A stretch of 64,000 bases of DNA, taken from contig NC_081373.1 of NCBI RefSeq assembly GCF_030684315.1, positions 28,869,989 through 28,933,988 of the forward strand, written 5' to 3'. A model generated the notes under the pieces. The model was given only the letters and a program-made list of their open reading frames with translations, made no database searches and was not told the DNA's origin. Below are positions 52,490-62,670 of this stretch, in pieces; within the stretch, counting starts at the first letter, position 1; the number at the start of each line of letters is the position of its first letter. The position numbers and the translations under genes were made by a program. The stretch is from Stegostoma tigrinum (taxonomy: Eukaryota).

Positions 52490-52850
52490 GTTTGCTTTTT
52501 GGCACAGCAAACCATTGTCTCCTACTCTCAGCTCTCATTATCACTTACTCAGCTTATCTTCAGTGCTCGCTTACTGTCAAGAATCGCCTTGTTTGCCTTA
52601 TCCCTTCACATCTCTTTCTCTCTGGGCTCTGTCTCCATCTAGCCATTCAACTCTGCTCACCACCCTCCATCACTAACACATCATCTTCAACATAACGTCC
52701 ACCTTTTCCTAGCTGTTATCAATTGTGATGAAGAGTTACCAGGCTTGAAATGTTAATTCTACCTTCTCCCCTCAGATCCTGTTGAGTTTTACCCACAGTT
52801 TCTGTTTTTGTTTGAGGTGTCCAGTGTATGAAATTCTTTGTTTTGTTTAT
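52490..52850 (+). mobile_element. Older PLE 3' remnant (target of the 49806-52475 insertion)
   Basis: Pyrimidine-rich UTR, decayed hammerhead gtgatgaagagttaccaggcttGAAAtgttaa at about 52724-52755, and a family-C-like terminus tttctgtttttgttt. Confidence 0.65.
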
Positions 52851-53263
52851 CTAATTATGGATGGTAATGATATTCTTGCCTATATTAGAAATAATTTCAA
52901 CATTCTTTATTGCAATGCATCATAACAGTGACTGTGTGCTGGACAGGCTTTTGTCCAAACAATCATTTGAAATATGTTATTTCAGATGCTGATTAATACA
53001 AAAAAACACATAAAATAGTAAGGCATTTTCATGGAAGAAAACAAAATAAATGATGCCATAATGGAATGTATGGATACATAATCTCAACTTGCTGAGTGAT
53101 GAGTTTTCTGTCTTTAAGAATGAGGCTCTAATAAAGAGCCCAAAATCCAGTTGATTGGCTCTTACCATTAAATTGTTTAGTAGCTAACACTCCTGCCTTC
53201 AAGTCACAAAACTGCGACTTCAAACCTTACTCGAAGATTTGTTCAGATCATTCTAATATGGTT

Positions 53264-53400
53264 AAAAACAGAAAGCTGTGGAGAAACTCAGCAGGTTTGG
53301 CAGTATTTGTTGAGAAAGAAACAGTTAACATTTCTAGTCCAATATGACACTTCATCTTCTGCCCTGAAAAAGAGACTTATCAAACTTATAATTTCATTTC
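53264..53400 (-). mobile_element. Short old PLE terminal remnant with partial inversion
   Basis: aaaacagaaagctgtggagaaactcagcagg...gttaacatttc...cttcatc, followed by ctgaaaaagagactta (decayed hammerhead start). Confidence 0.5.
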
Positions 53401-54714
53401 ATTGATCCTTTTCTTTGCTCAGGCATGACCCACAATCTTTCAAAGATGTCAATATCAGTCTTTCTGAAAAAGCCTACCTCTGCTCCTGCCATCCTCTTCA
53501 ACTGTTGCCTTACCTCTAACCCTCTTTTCCACTCTAAAGTCCTTGAATCATCTAATTGGATTCTTTTGGTGTACTTTACCAACTACTCTAAGTTATAGTC
53601 ACTAAAAATATCCTCAGTGACCATAGCTGTAGGACAAGGCTCTTTTTAAACAATTGTAGATAGCTGATTTCTTGTTCATGAACTGGTTACAATATCTCTC
53701 TCTGTGATCTCTTTTGGCAATATCTCAATGTTTATTTACACAAGATTAAGAAATGTAAAGTGTTTAAAGCCTGTGTTATTGGTAGTTCAATAAGCTAAAT
53801 GATTGACACTTGTAGGAGCATTTTTTTGAGAAAGAAGATTCGAGATTTGTGAGTTAGCATGGGTCTATAAGGGGCCATGGTGGTAATTGGGTTTTGACAG
53901 AGTGTGAAGGGTAAGGGCCAGAAACTTTTGACACAACAGGGGCAATGTCCTAAGAGAGTTGGCTTTCTTACTAACATTGGCATTCACTGCCCCTATGGCT
54001 ACCTACACTCTGCAAAGAGCAGGGATTAATGGATATTTTTCACCTTGGTAAACTGTAGCTAATTCAGTGCAACAGTGATCATTGTTAATGGCTCAACTAC
54101 TTACAATTTATATTAATGACTGGGATGAAAAGACCAAACATATCACAGCCAAATTTGCCAATGACACCAAGATAGTTAGGAAAGTAAGTTGTCGAGAAGA
54201 GGTAGAGAGCATGCTTGAGGGTATAGGTAGGTTAAATGAATAGACAAAAATGATAAATTGGATACAATATGGGGAAAATGTGAACTTGTCTACTTTATAA
54301 GGAAGAATAGAAAAGCTGTAGATCAGTTAAATATTGCAGCACCTCATGGAATAGTGAGATCTGGCTATCCTGTTCTATGAATCACAAAAATTTATTGTGC
54401 AGGTGCAACAAGTAGTTGGAGGGCAGATAGAATGTTGGCAGTCCAATAGGAGTGTAATAGAAAAGGAGCAGAATATAGAAAGGAAGGTAGAATATTAACG
54501 TAAACTAGTAAAAACAAAAACATTGAGTATAAAATCTTCTTTAGGTTTATGAAAAGGAAACATTCCATTAAGTTAAAGGTTGGTCAATAGCAAGCAGACT
54601 CAGAAGGATTTATCAGAGATAATGGGAACTGCAGATGCTGGAGATTCCAAGATAATAAAATGTGAGGCTGGATGAACACAGCAGGCCAAGCAGCATCTCA
54701 GGAGCACAAAAGCT

Positions 54715-54742
54715 GACGTTTCGGGCCTAGACCCTTCATCAG
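54715..54742 (-). ncRNA. Minimal hammerhead ribozyme motif
   Basis: Reverse complement CTGATGAagggtctaggcccGAAACGTC, intact. Confidence 0.85.
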
Positions 54743-55275
54743 AGAGGGGGATGGGGGGAGGGAACTGGAATAAATAGGGAGAGAGGCGGAGGCGGACCGA
54801 AGATGGAGAGTAAAGAAGATAGGTGGAGAGGGTGTAGGTGGGGAGGTAGGGAGGGGATAGGTCAGTCCAGGGAAGACGGACAGGTCAAGGAGGTGGGATG
54901 AGGTTAGTAGGTAGCTGGGGGTGCGGCTTGGGGTGGGAGGAAGGGATGGGTGAGAGGAAGAACCGGTTAGGGAGGCAGAGACAGGTTGGACTGGTTTTGG
55001 GATGCAGTGGGTGGGGGGGAAGAGCTGGGCTGGTTGTGTGGTGCAGTGGGGGGAGTTCTTCCTCTCACCCATCCCTTCCTCCCACCCCAAGCCGCACCCC
55101 CAGCTACCTACTAACCTCATCCCACCTCCTTGACCTGTCCGTCTTCCCTAGACTGACCTATCCCCTCCCTACCTCCCCACCTACACCCTCTCCACCTATC
55201 TTCTTTACTCTCCATCTTCGGTCCGCCTCCCCCTCTCTCCCTATTTATTCCAGTTCCCTCCCCCCATCCCCCTCT

Positions 55276-55303
55276 CTGATGAAGGGTCTAGGCCCGAAAC
55301 GTC
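55276..55303 (+). ncRNA. Minimal hammerhead ribozyme motif
   Basis: CTGATGAagggtctaggcccGAAACGTC, intact. Confidence 0.85.
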
Positions 55304-55954
55304 AGCTTTTGTGCTCCTGAGATGCTGCTTGGCCTGCTGTGTTCATCCAGCCTCACATTTTATTATCTCAGAAGGATTTATTTTGGGGAACAGAGAACAG
55401 CAGAGAAGGTAAATGATTATTGTGGGGTCAAACTGTCCTAGAGCCTGTATAATGTCTGCATTGGCAAGAACCTTGGAAAAGTGGGATGATATTGGCATTA
55501 GGAAGATTCACAAGGTCAAGAGCATAAGGTCCCATTCTCCAACCAAGTGTAGAACTTCAACAAAAGAATCTTAGTGTGAGTTGTGAGAGATGCATTTTCA
55601 CCAATTTGTATGGACTAGCATATCATTATGAGTTTATCTCACCTCATTTATATGCACTTTCCAGAATGATTTCCAAATCTCCCACCCACTAGACAGAAAA
55701 TATATAATAGCAATTCCCAATATGAAATTCAGACTAGTTACCTGGTGACTTCAACTTCCTTTATGCTCCTCCAATCTTGGTCTCAGTGCATGCTGCATGG
55801 ACAGTGACGCCAAAAGACCCTATCCACAGATATTGGCTAAATGCATCCTTGTGGCACATCTGTAATCCATTCATCGTACAGTCTGCACTTCATTGCTACA
55901 ATTTGGAGTGCATAGGCACCCTTCATTGCAATGGTGCTGACATGACATTTTGTA

Positions 55955-56085
55955 TGGCAGCATCTGTGGAGAGAGTGCAGTTCTGAAGAAGAGTCTTAAC
56001 ACACACGAATCATTAACTCTATTGCTCTAACCACATATATTACCAGATCTGCAGAGTTGCTCCTGCATTTTCTGTTTTAATTTAC
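55955..56085 (+). mobile_element. Short old PLE terminal remnant with partial inverted arm
   Basis: ggcagcatctgtggagagag (minus arm) joined to ttCTGAAGAagagtc...gaatcattaactct...tttctgttttaatt. Confidence 0.55.
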
Positions 56086-56810
56086 AAATGTGATGACAGA
56101 TTTACAATGAAATTTAACCTACACCACTTATGTACCTTGTAAAGATGTTCTTCTTTCTTTCTTTCTTTCCTTCCCACTATGCCTCAATACAGTCCCACAT
56201 TGTATAGCTGGGCCAGAGGCAGCCTGCTACAAAATGGAACATGCTGGCCTTGAGGTTTTAGATGGGGCCTGGGATATTTTTGTCTAGAGGGTCCAGATAT
56301 GCTGAGTGTGTCCTGCCGAGATGCTGGTGTACCTTCCTCAGCTTGGATGCCCACAGGGCTGAGGGTGGCAGGCAGGTTGGAGGTGGAAGGCTTGGCCACC
56401 TCTGCAGTGTTCAAAGACAAGACTTCTGGGGCAACTGTGTGTAGTTCCTTCTCCAGCTGAGTGCCTACTGGCTCTGGTCTGTCTCCTTGTGTGTAAGGGG
56501 TAGCTGGAGTGATGCCAAGGTCCTTCAACCCAATGTCTCCTTGCTGTTGGTACTGAGCACCAGTGACTGAAGTGATGGACTGCAGGTTTGTGTATATATC
56601 CAGCAGACAATGAGTGAGTTGTACCCAGTTGCCGAGCTATCCGTGGAGGGAGCCAAACATCATCTGCCAGAAGCAGCATTGTGCAAACAACATTAGCAGG
56701 GTCTTCCAACATTTGAGTCAGTTTGTCCAGTGTACCTGGTTGCTCCTGTTGTGTCTGCTTGTGAGTTTCCATGAAATTCTGAACTTATAACACCATGGGA
56801 TCCTTTCTTG

Positions 56811-56981
56811 CCTTTCTGATGAAGGGTCTAGGCCTGAAACGTCAGCCCTCTGATGAAGGGCCTAGGCCCAAAATGTCAGCTTTTGTGCTCCTGAGATGCT
56901 GCTCGGCCTGCTGTGTTCATCCAGCTTCACGCTTTATTATCTTGGATTCTCCAGCATCTGCAGTTCCCATTATCTCTATCT
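56811..56981 (+). mobile_element. 171-bp PLE family A insertion with two tandem hammerheads
   Basis: Hammerheads at 56816-56843 and 56850-56877, then the standard tailed 3' end. Perfect 16-bp TSD atgggatcctttcttg at 56795-56810 and 56982-56997. Confidence 0.92.
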
Positions 56982-57118
56982 ATGGGATCCTTTCTTGTGT
57001 GGACCTGAGTAGGTGATCTGGGGCATTTCTTCGTTGATCAGCTGTGGAGATGCAGCAGGAAAGTGCTTACCAGCATGTGCTCCTGCTCTAATTAGGTGAA
57101 AATATCCATCTGGATTTT

Positions 57119-57420
57119 TAAAAATTCATTCATGTGAGGAGGCTGTTACTGACCAGGCAGCATTTATTGCCCATCCCTCATTGCCCAGACACAGTTATGA
57201 GTCAACCACATTGCAGTGGGTCTGGAGTCACATGTAGGCCAGACCAGGTAAGAGTGGCAGTTTTCTTCCCTAAAAGACATTGGTGAATCAGATGGAATTT
57301 TCCAACAATTGGTTCATGGTCATCATTAGATTCTTAATTCCAGATACTTTATTGAATACAAATTCCACCATCTGCCATGTTGGGATTCGAATCCAGGTAC
57401 ACAGATGGTTATCTGGGTCT
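57119..57420 (-). mobile_element. tRNA-derived SINE with L2-like tail (family of 13479)
   Basis: Reverse complement of about 13530-13830, including the B box gggattcgaatcc and tail attcattcatgtga. Confidence 0.85.
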
Positions 57421-58174
57421 CCCCATATCAGTCTTTGAGCTGGTGAAGGGTGCAGGAGGCTGCCTTGCCCTGTATTTATTGAGGGACCCAAGGTGGAGAA
57501 GGATATGTCTTGTGGGATTCCCTCTGGGCCATAAAGAATGTGTATTTGATGCTGTTGCTGCAGGAGACAAAAAAGCGAGTATGTTAACAATACGTTCACA
57601 GTGGTGGTTAAGGGCGAGCAGCACAGCAAAGTACAGTGATTCTTACTTCGTTGCCAGGACATCACGATTGTCATGAATCTCACTGGCAAAAGCCAGGATA
57701 TTCTTCTCGCAGGGTGTAAGGAGTCCAAAGTCAGATAACCTAATACGCGTCTTAGCTCTCTCTGCCCTACCTTAGGATATTTTCTCCTGGAATGAAATAT
57801 GTTAGGGGATGAAGTGAGCTGGAAGTGGCTGCCACATTGTTAATGCTGGTGCAGGTGCAGGAGGGTGGTGAGTTACTAGGCAGCACTGAGACCATGTTAA
57901 GTTTAATAGGATGGAGGGATTGGGTGGATGAGAGCAAACGGGGGAAGATGTTGCATGCGATAGTGAGAGTCGTAAACCTTGAAAGGATGTTCAAACCCTG
58001 CAAGTAGAGTCAAAACTGTGAAAAAGTTAAAAGTGCTGTTGATTAGAGTCAAAGTGTAATTTACACAGCATGTGGAAAACTGTGGCACAAGGTAAATAGT
58101 TAACAACATTAAAGAGTGGGAGTTAGCACCATTGAGTTTGCCAACTATTATGAAACAGAAGACAAACGTTTTGG

Positions 58175-58275
58175 AACAAAAACAGAAGTTGCTGGAAGTT
58201 CAACAGTTCTGGCAGCATCTGTGAAGAAAAAACCTGAGTTAACATTTTGGGTCTGGTGACCCTTTCTCAGAACTT
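58175..58275 (-). mobile_element. Short PLE family C terminal remnant (tail-less arm only)
   Basis: aacaaaaacagaagttgctggaa...ggcagcatctgtgaagaaaaa...gagttaacattttgggtctggtgaccctttctcagaact is nearly the same as the left arm at 45835. Confidence 0.7.
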
Positions 58276-58479
58276 ACAGAGAACTCAGAGCCCTGGCAAA
58301 TAAGTTGGGCAGTGACAATTGAATGAACTGATACAAGAAAAGGCATGAGATTATTTTATGGGAGGGAAGTGTTGAGGGTGATAATTACAGCAGAAATGAC
58401 AGATGATTGATGGTAAAAGTGTTCTGCTAAATCCTGTATGAGTAAGCGATAAGAACCTTTTCTAATATGGCTGAAGCTA

Positions 58480-58715
58480 AACTATCTTATCATCTTTTAC
58501 TAGGCGTCTCTTCAAAGTTTACTGATGAAATGTATAATGTTGGAACTTGAAGCAAAAAATGTATTACTCCAATGGATGGAAATGAAAAGCCACTGCTTCT
58601 TGTGATAGGAATCTCCAAGAAGCCATGTTGTTTTGGGAGTATGAAGTGGTCCTGGATGATCAAGGAAGTGGGCAAAATGAATCAATGGAAGATAAAGGAA
58701 GCTTGTCATAATTGC
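58480..58715 (+). mobile_element. Old CR1 RT fragment
   Basis: tcaaagtttactgatga (KFTD) and atggatggaaatgaaaagccactgcttcttgtgataggaa. Confidence 0.5.
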
Positions 58716-58924
58716 AAGCAGCTGCTCTGTGCACCCTCATGCCACAGGCCTCAAAAGCATCAAAGCTGCCATTTGTTCTCCCAACACTCTGGCCCAGCTC
58801 TAGCCAACTGATCGGGAGTAATTATGAACTGAAAACCAAACTGTCCATGAAATTCAGTCTTTCAGATTACTAAGACCATTGATAGAAATAGGAGCAACTC
58901 AAATTTTAAACTTAATGCTAATCT

Positions 58925-59083
58925 TGCTGCTTGTGCACCTTCTCTGCAGCTGTAGCATTGTATCCTTCACTACGTTCTATTACCGCAACAAACTTTGTAT
59001 GGTATGATCTGCCTGTACTGAACACAAAACAAAACTTTTCACTGTACCTAGGTACATGGGACAATAATAATTAATCAAATCAA
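58925..59083 (+). mobile_element. 3' end of a Rex1/Babar-like LINE or related SINE
   Basis: Terminal ttttcactgtacc-taggtacatgggacaataa hairpin and (atcaa)n tail. Similar ends at 49260-49375 (+) and 46225-46315 (-). Confidence 0.55.
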
Positions 59084-59829
59084 CTCATCTGTCTCAGAAA
59101 CTATTTTCAGCATGAAGAAGGCACTGAAGATGGTGATGGAACTACAATTGCCAACTTATCCCATCACTTTGTGTTTAAACAGGCTATGACTAAGCAAGAG
59201 GCTGAGAGTGAGGAAGAGCCAAGTAGGAAGTACCAGCTTGGTGACAGCGGGAGCGTGGCACAGAAATTCCAGCACAGCCAACCGTAGAAACTTACTCCAA
59301 GCTGAACAACACTGTACAGTGAACAGAACAGGCGAAATGATTTGTAGATGCAATACATTCCTCAAACTAGTAGTCTGAGGAGACTGATGACCCTGCAGAG
59401 TCTGATGAATGCCTGTCTGCTCACTTGCTTGTTTCTCTAGCGTGAGGCTGTGGAAATGATCTGAGATTTGGTTCAGCAGCATTAAAAGACAGAAAAGATG
59501 TTTGGCTTCAGTGATGATATAGTTGGCAATGTTGAGCTTGTCCAAAGACGACACAGTCAGCAGAAAAATCTTAAGTCGTCTCAGACCTAATGTCTTGTAT
59601 ATTTTTACGCCTTTTATTGTACAAGATCAGGCCATTGTAAAGTGTGAGCAAATTTAAAAATAAAAAATATGTTTTTCACACAATTATTGTGTAACTCTAC
59701 TTTCATTTGTGTTTCATTGACGTAGAGTGCAGGTGTAGGCAAATTGGATTTCATAGGTTTTCTTTGGCTATTTTGAAGCTCTGTTTATCATTGGCCTCTG
59801 TGATTCAGCTTATCACTATTTTATTTGTT

Positions 59830-60805
59830 TGATTTTTAAGCAAGTAGCAAATCATAATATAGGCGTGAGTAAAGAGCCAAGAGTGGAGGACAATTGAAGT
59901 TGAATGACAGAAGGAATGTTAGTGCAAGGCAAAAGGACATAGTAACGGGGCAAGGGAGCAACAAAAGGTGGGCCTAGAAAAGCTGTAAACAGCTTCACCA
60001 GAATTATTACCTGCTATCCAGAAGATTGGAAGAGTGGTTATGAACTGAAATTGTTGAATTCAATGTTGGACCCACAAGGCTGTAAAGTGCCTAATCGAAA
60101 GAAGGACTATAATGATACTGCCTATTCAAAATCAACAATAATTAAACATGAAAAATCTAATAAGGTTAGGTTTTTTGTTGACCTCAAGAAACAATGACAG
60201 GTTTGCCTTATTACACTTTCAGCTTTGTTACAACAGTAGAGGAGGTCAAGGTCAGAGAGACTGAAGTAGGAGTGAGGTGAAGAACGAAAGTGACAATTAC
60301 CTGAAAGGTCAATGTTACAGTTATGGTCTGAATGAAGGTGCCCAAAAGCTATCACCCAAATATATGTCTGGCTCTCCATTTAAAAAAGAAACTGCATGGA
60401 AAGTGACAAATACAGTACAGTAAACTGGAACATTGTATACAAATAAGTCCCTGTTTAATCTGGAAAGAGTACTCGAACTTTTGTATGATGACAAGAGATA
60501 TGGTAAAAGGCAGTTTTGTTCCTTGTGCTTGCAAGGGAGGCTGCCATGATTAGGGTATCACATAGGGAATAGTATTTTTGCAATGCTGAAAAGAGAGCAG
60601 AGGGGAAGAATTCTCATCAGGTGGCATCGAACTGGGGATAGTAAAAATGGTGAAGATTAATTGCTGAATATGAAGGCAGGTTGGTTAGAGGTTAAGGACA
60701 AGGGAAACTCAATTGTAGTTCTGGGAGGCAGAGCAAAAGGTGAGAGAAATGTGAGAAAAGGGATGAACAGAGCTGAGGGCCCTGCTAGTCATGGTGGGAG
60801 AACAT
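59830..60805 (-). mobile_element. Old Neptune-like PLE remnant
   Basis: tgaaattgttgaattcaatgttg...aggctgtaaagtgcct (reverse complement of the endonuclease C-terminus), similar to 38425-38470 and 50270-50310. Confidence 0.6.
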
Positions 60806-61138
60806 TGAATATATATTGGAAGCACTGGTAATGAATTAAGGCACCCTTCCATTACCAGTGCCTTATCAATTCCTACCGTCATTATTTTAGACATTCTTCT
60901 TCTTCCCTCCGCACTCCTCCCTCATTTTCCTTGCATGCTTATACTTCCTCTTCTCTTTCCAACTGTTTTAAATATATGGGATAATTGAATTAGTGGCTGG
61001 TTTGTTGCCATTTTCATACTTATAATGGCTCAGTACGATGGAGGAAATGGTATTATTTCTAATTTCAGGCTGAAGAGCTGGAGTAATTAAAGGATATAAC
61101 ATGGAAGAAATATTAATCACAAAAATTGAATTCTTTAT

Positions 61139-61368
61139 CAGGGATTGGTTAATTTAGTTGGCTGGGTAGTTGGTTGGCAATGAAGAGTGATGGATTCAGT
61201 GTGGGTTCAATCCCAACACTGTTTGAAGTTATCATGAAGGACTCTCCTTCTCAACCTTTATCCACCACTGAGGCATGGTCACCCTCTAGTTAAACCAACA
61301 TGACCTGTCATCTCTCTCTCTAATGAGACTGCAGCCCTATGTTCAGCTATGTCAACTTTACCTTTCAT
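61139..61368 (+). mobile_element. tRNA-derived SINE (another family), target of the Poseidon palindrome
   Basis: A-box-like ggttaatttagttgg, B box gtgggttcaatccc, 3' end aactttacctttc. Confidence 0.6.
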
Positions 61369-61405
61369 GGATGTGAGTTTGCTCGCTGAGCTGGAAGGTT
61401 AGTTT

Positions 61406-61445
61406 TCAGACGTTTCGTCACCATTCTAGGTAACATCATCAGTGA
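61406..61445 (-). ncRNA. Minimal hammerhead ribozyme motif
   Basis: Reverse complement tca-CTGATGA-t-gttacc-tagaat-ggtgac-GAAAC-GTC-tga. All stems pair. Confidence 0.88.
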
Positions 61446-62027
61446 GCCTCCGACGAAGCGCTGGTGTTATGTCCCGCTTTCTATTTATCTGGTTAGGTTT
61501 CCTTGGGTTGGCGATGTCATTTCCTGTTCTTTTTCTCAGGGGATGGTAGATTGGCTCCAAATCAATGTGTTTGTTGATGGAGTTCCGGTTGGAATGCCAT
61601 GCTTCTAGGAATTCTCGTGCATGTCTCTGTTTGGCTTGTCCTAGGATGGATGTGTTGTCCCAATCAAAGTGGTGTCCTTCCTTATCTGTATGTAAGGATA
61701 TGAGTGATAGTGGGTCATGTCGTGGGTCATGAACATCAACTAGCCACAAAATGACATGACCCACTATCACTCGTATCCTTACATACAGATAAGGAAGGAC
61801 ACCACTTTGATTGGGACAACACATCCATCCTAGGACAAGCCAAACAGAGACATGCACGAGAATTCCTAGAAGCATGGCATTCCAACCGGAACTCCATCAA
61901 CAAACACATTGATTTGGAGCCAATCTACCATCCCCTGAGAAAAAGAACAGGAAATGACATCACCAACCCAAGGAAACCTAACCAGATAAATAGAAAGCAG
62001 GACTAACACCAGCGCTTCGTCGGAGGC

Positions 62028-62067
62028 TCACTGATGATGTTACCTAGAATGGTGATGAAACGTCTGA
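62028..62067 (+). ncRNA. Minimal hammerhead ribozyme motif
   Basis: tca-CTGATGA-t-gttacc-tagaat-ggtgat-GAAAC-GTC-tga, with one C>T change in stem II. Confidence 0.82.
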
Positions 62068-62494
62068 AAACTAACCTTCCCGCTCAGCGAGCAAACTCAC
62101 ATCCAGAGCCTCAACCTGAGCTACAAATCTTCTCAAAACTCGCTAGTTTACCTTTCATCTTTAGCAATGCTAGCTCCAAGGGTATAGAAATGTTATACTT
62201 TAATACAATAATGTTTGTGTAGCCTACTGTCTTCACAAATCTACTGCTGTGAGCTTAACATTTATCCCATTGAGTCCGATGGTCAAATGTGATTGGATCA
62301 TGGTAATCCAACCTCATGATACCTGCAGATTGGGGAGGGAGGGTCACTGAATTACAAGGGTTACAAATGAGTCATCGAAAGTGATGCTTTCCAGAAGATT
62401 CACATGGCGTTGTGCTTAAACATTGGCATTTTGTTGCAGGAATATAAAAGTTTGACTGGTGCTGTTCCAGTCACAAACTATGCAAGCCATGACT

Positions 62495-62670
62495 AATGAA
62501 AATAAACGTAAAATACTGCAGTTTGTTGAAATTTGAAATAAAAAGCACATGTTGTTTGAGAAATTCAGCTGGCCTGGCAGGATCTGTAGAGGAAGAACCA
62601 AGTTAATGCTTGAGTCCAATATGACACGTGTTTAAACATCACTTTCTGTTTTTATTTCTGGACTTGACTT
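62495..62670 (-). mobile_element. Short old PLE terminal remnant
   Basis: aaaatactgcagtttgttgaaatttgaaataaaaagcac...cctggcaggatctgtagag...gttaatg, same family as 1280 and 53264. Confidence 0.55.

Larger units (their letters stand above)
54614..55368 (-). mobile_element. Young 755-bp palindromic PLE insertion, family A
   Basis: Tail 54614-54649. Arms 54650-54963 and 55055-55368 (314 bp, about 2 mismatches seen) with a 91-nt spacer. 15-bp TSD ctcagaaggatttat at 54599-54613 and 55367-55381. Confidence 0.96.
54020..55422 (+). mobile_element. Old CR1 ORF2 fragments (54020-54460 RT part; 54490-55422 upstream part split by a PLE palindrome)
   Basis: aaatttgccaatgacaccaagata (KFANDTKI). aaaatcttctttaggtttatgaaaaggaaa...gttggtc...gactcagaaggatttat|tttggggaacagagaa reads continuously across the palindrome. 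Confidence 0.7.
61369..62146 (+). mobile_element. 778-bp palindromic Poseidon-like PLE insertion
   Basis: Arms 61368-61722 and 61752-62105 both encode the GIY-YIG C-terminus (HFDWDNTSILG...REFLEAWHS...INKH). Tail 62106-62146. 12-bp TSD tttacctttcat at 61357-61368 and 62147-62158. Confidence 0.96.

Noticed and set aside
54698-55320. Two nearly identical 140-aa ORFs on opposite strands
   Set aside because: Artefact of the palindrome, translating the PLE 3' UTR.
59370-59415. Three CTGANGA boxes suggesting a hammerhead or C/D snoRNA
   Set aside because: No correctly spaced stem II plus GAAA and no terminal stem.
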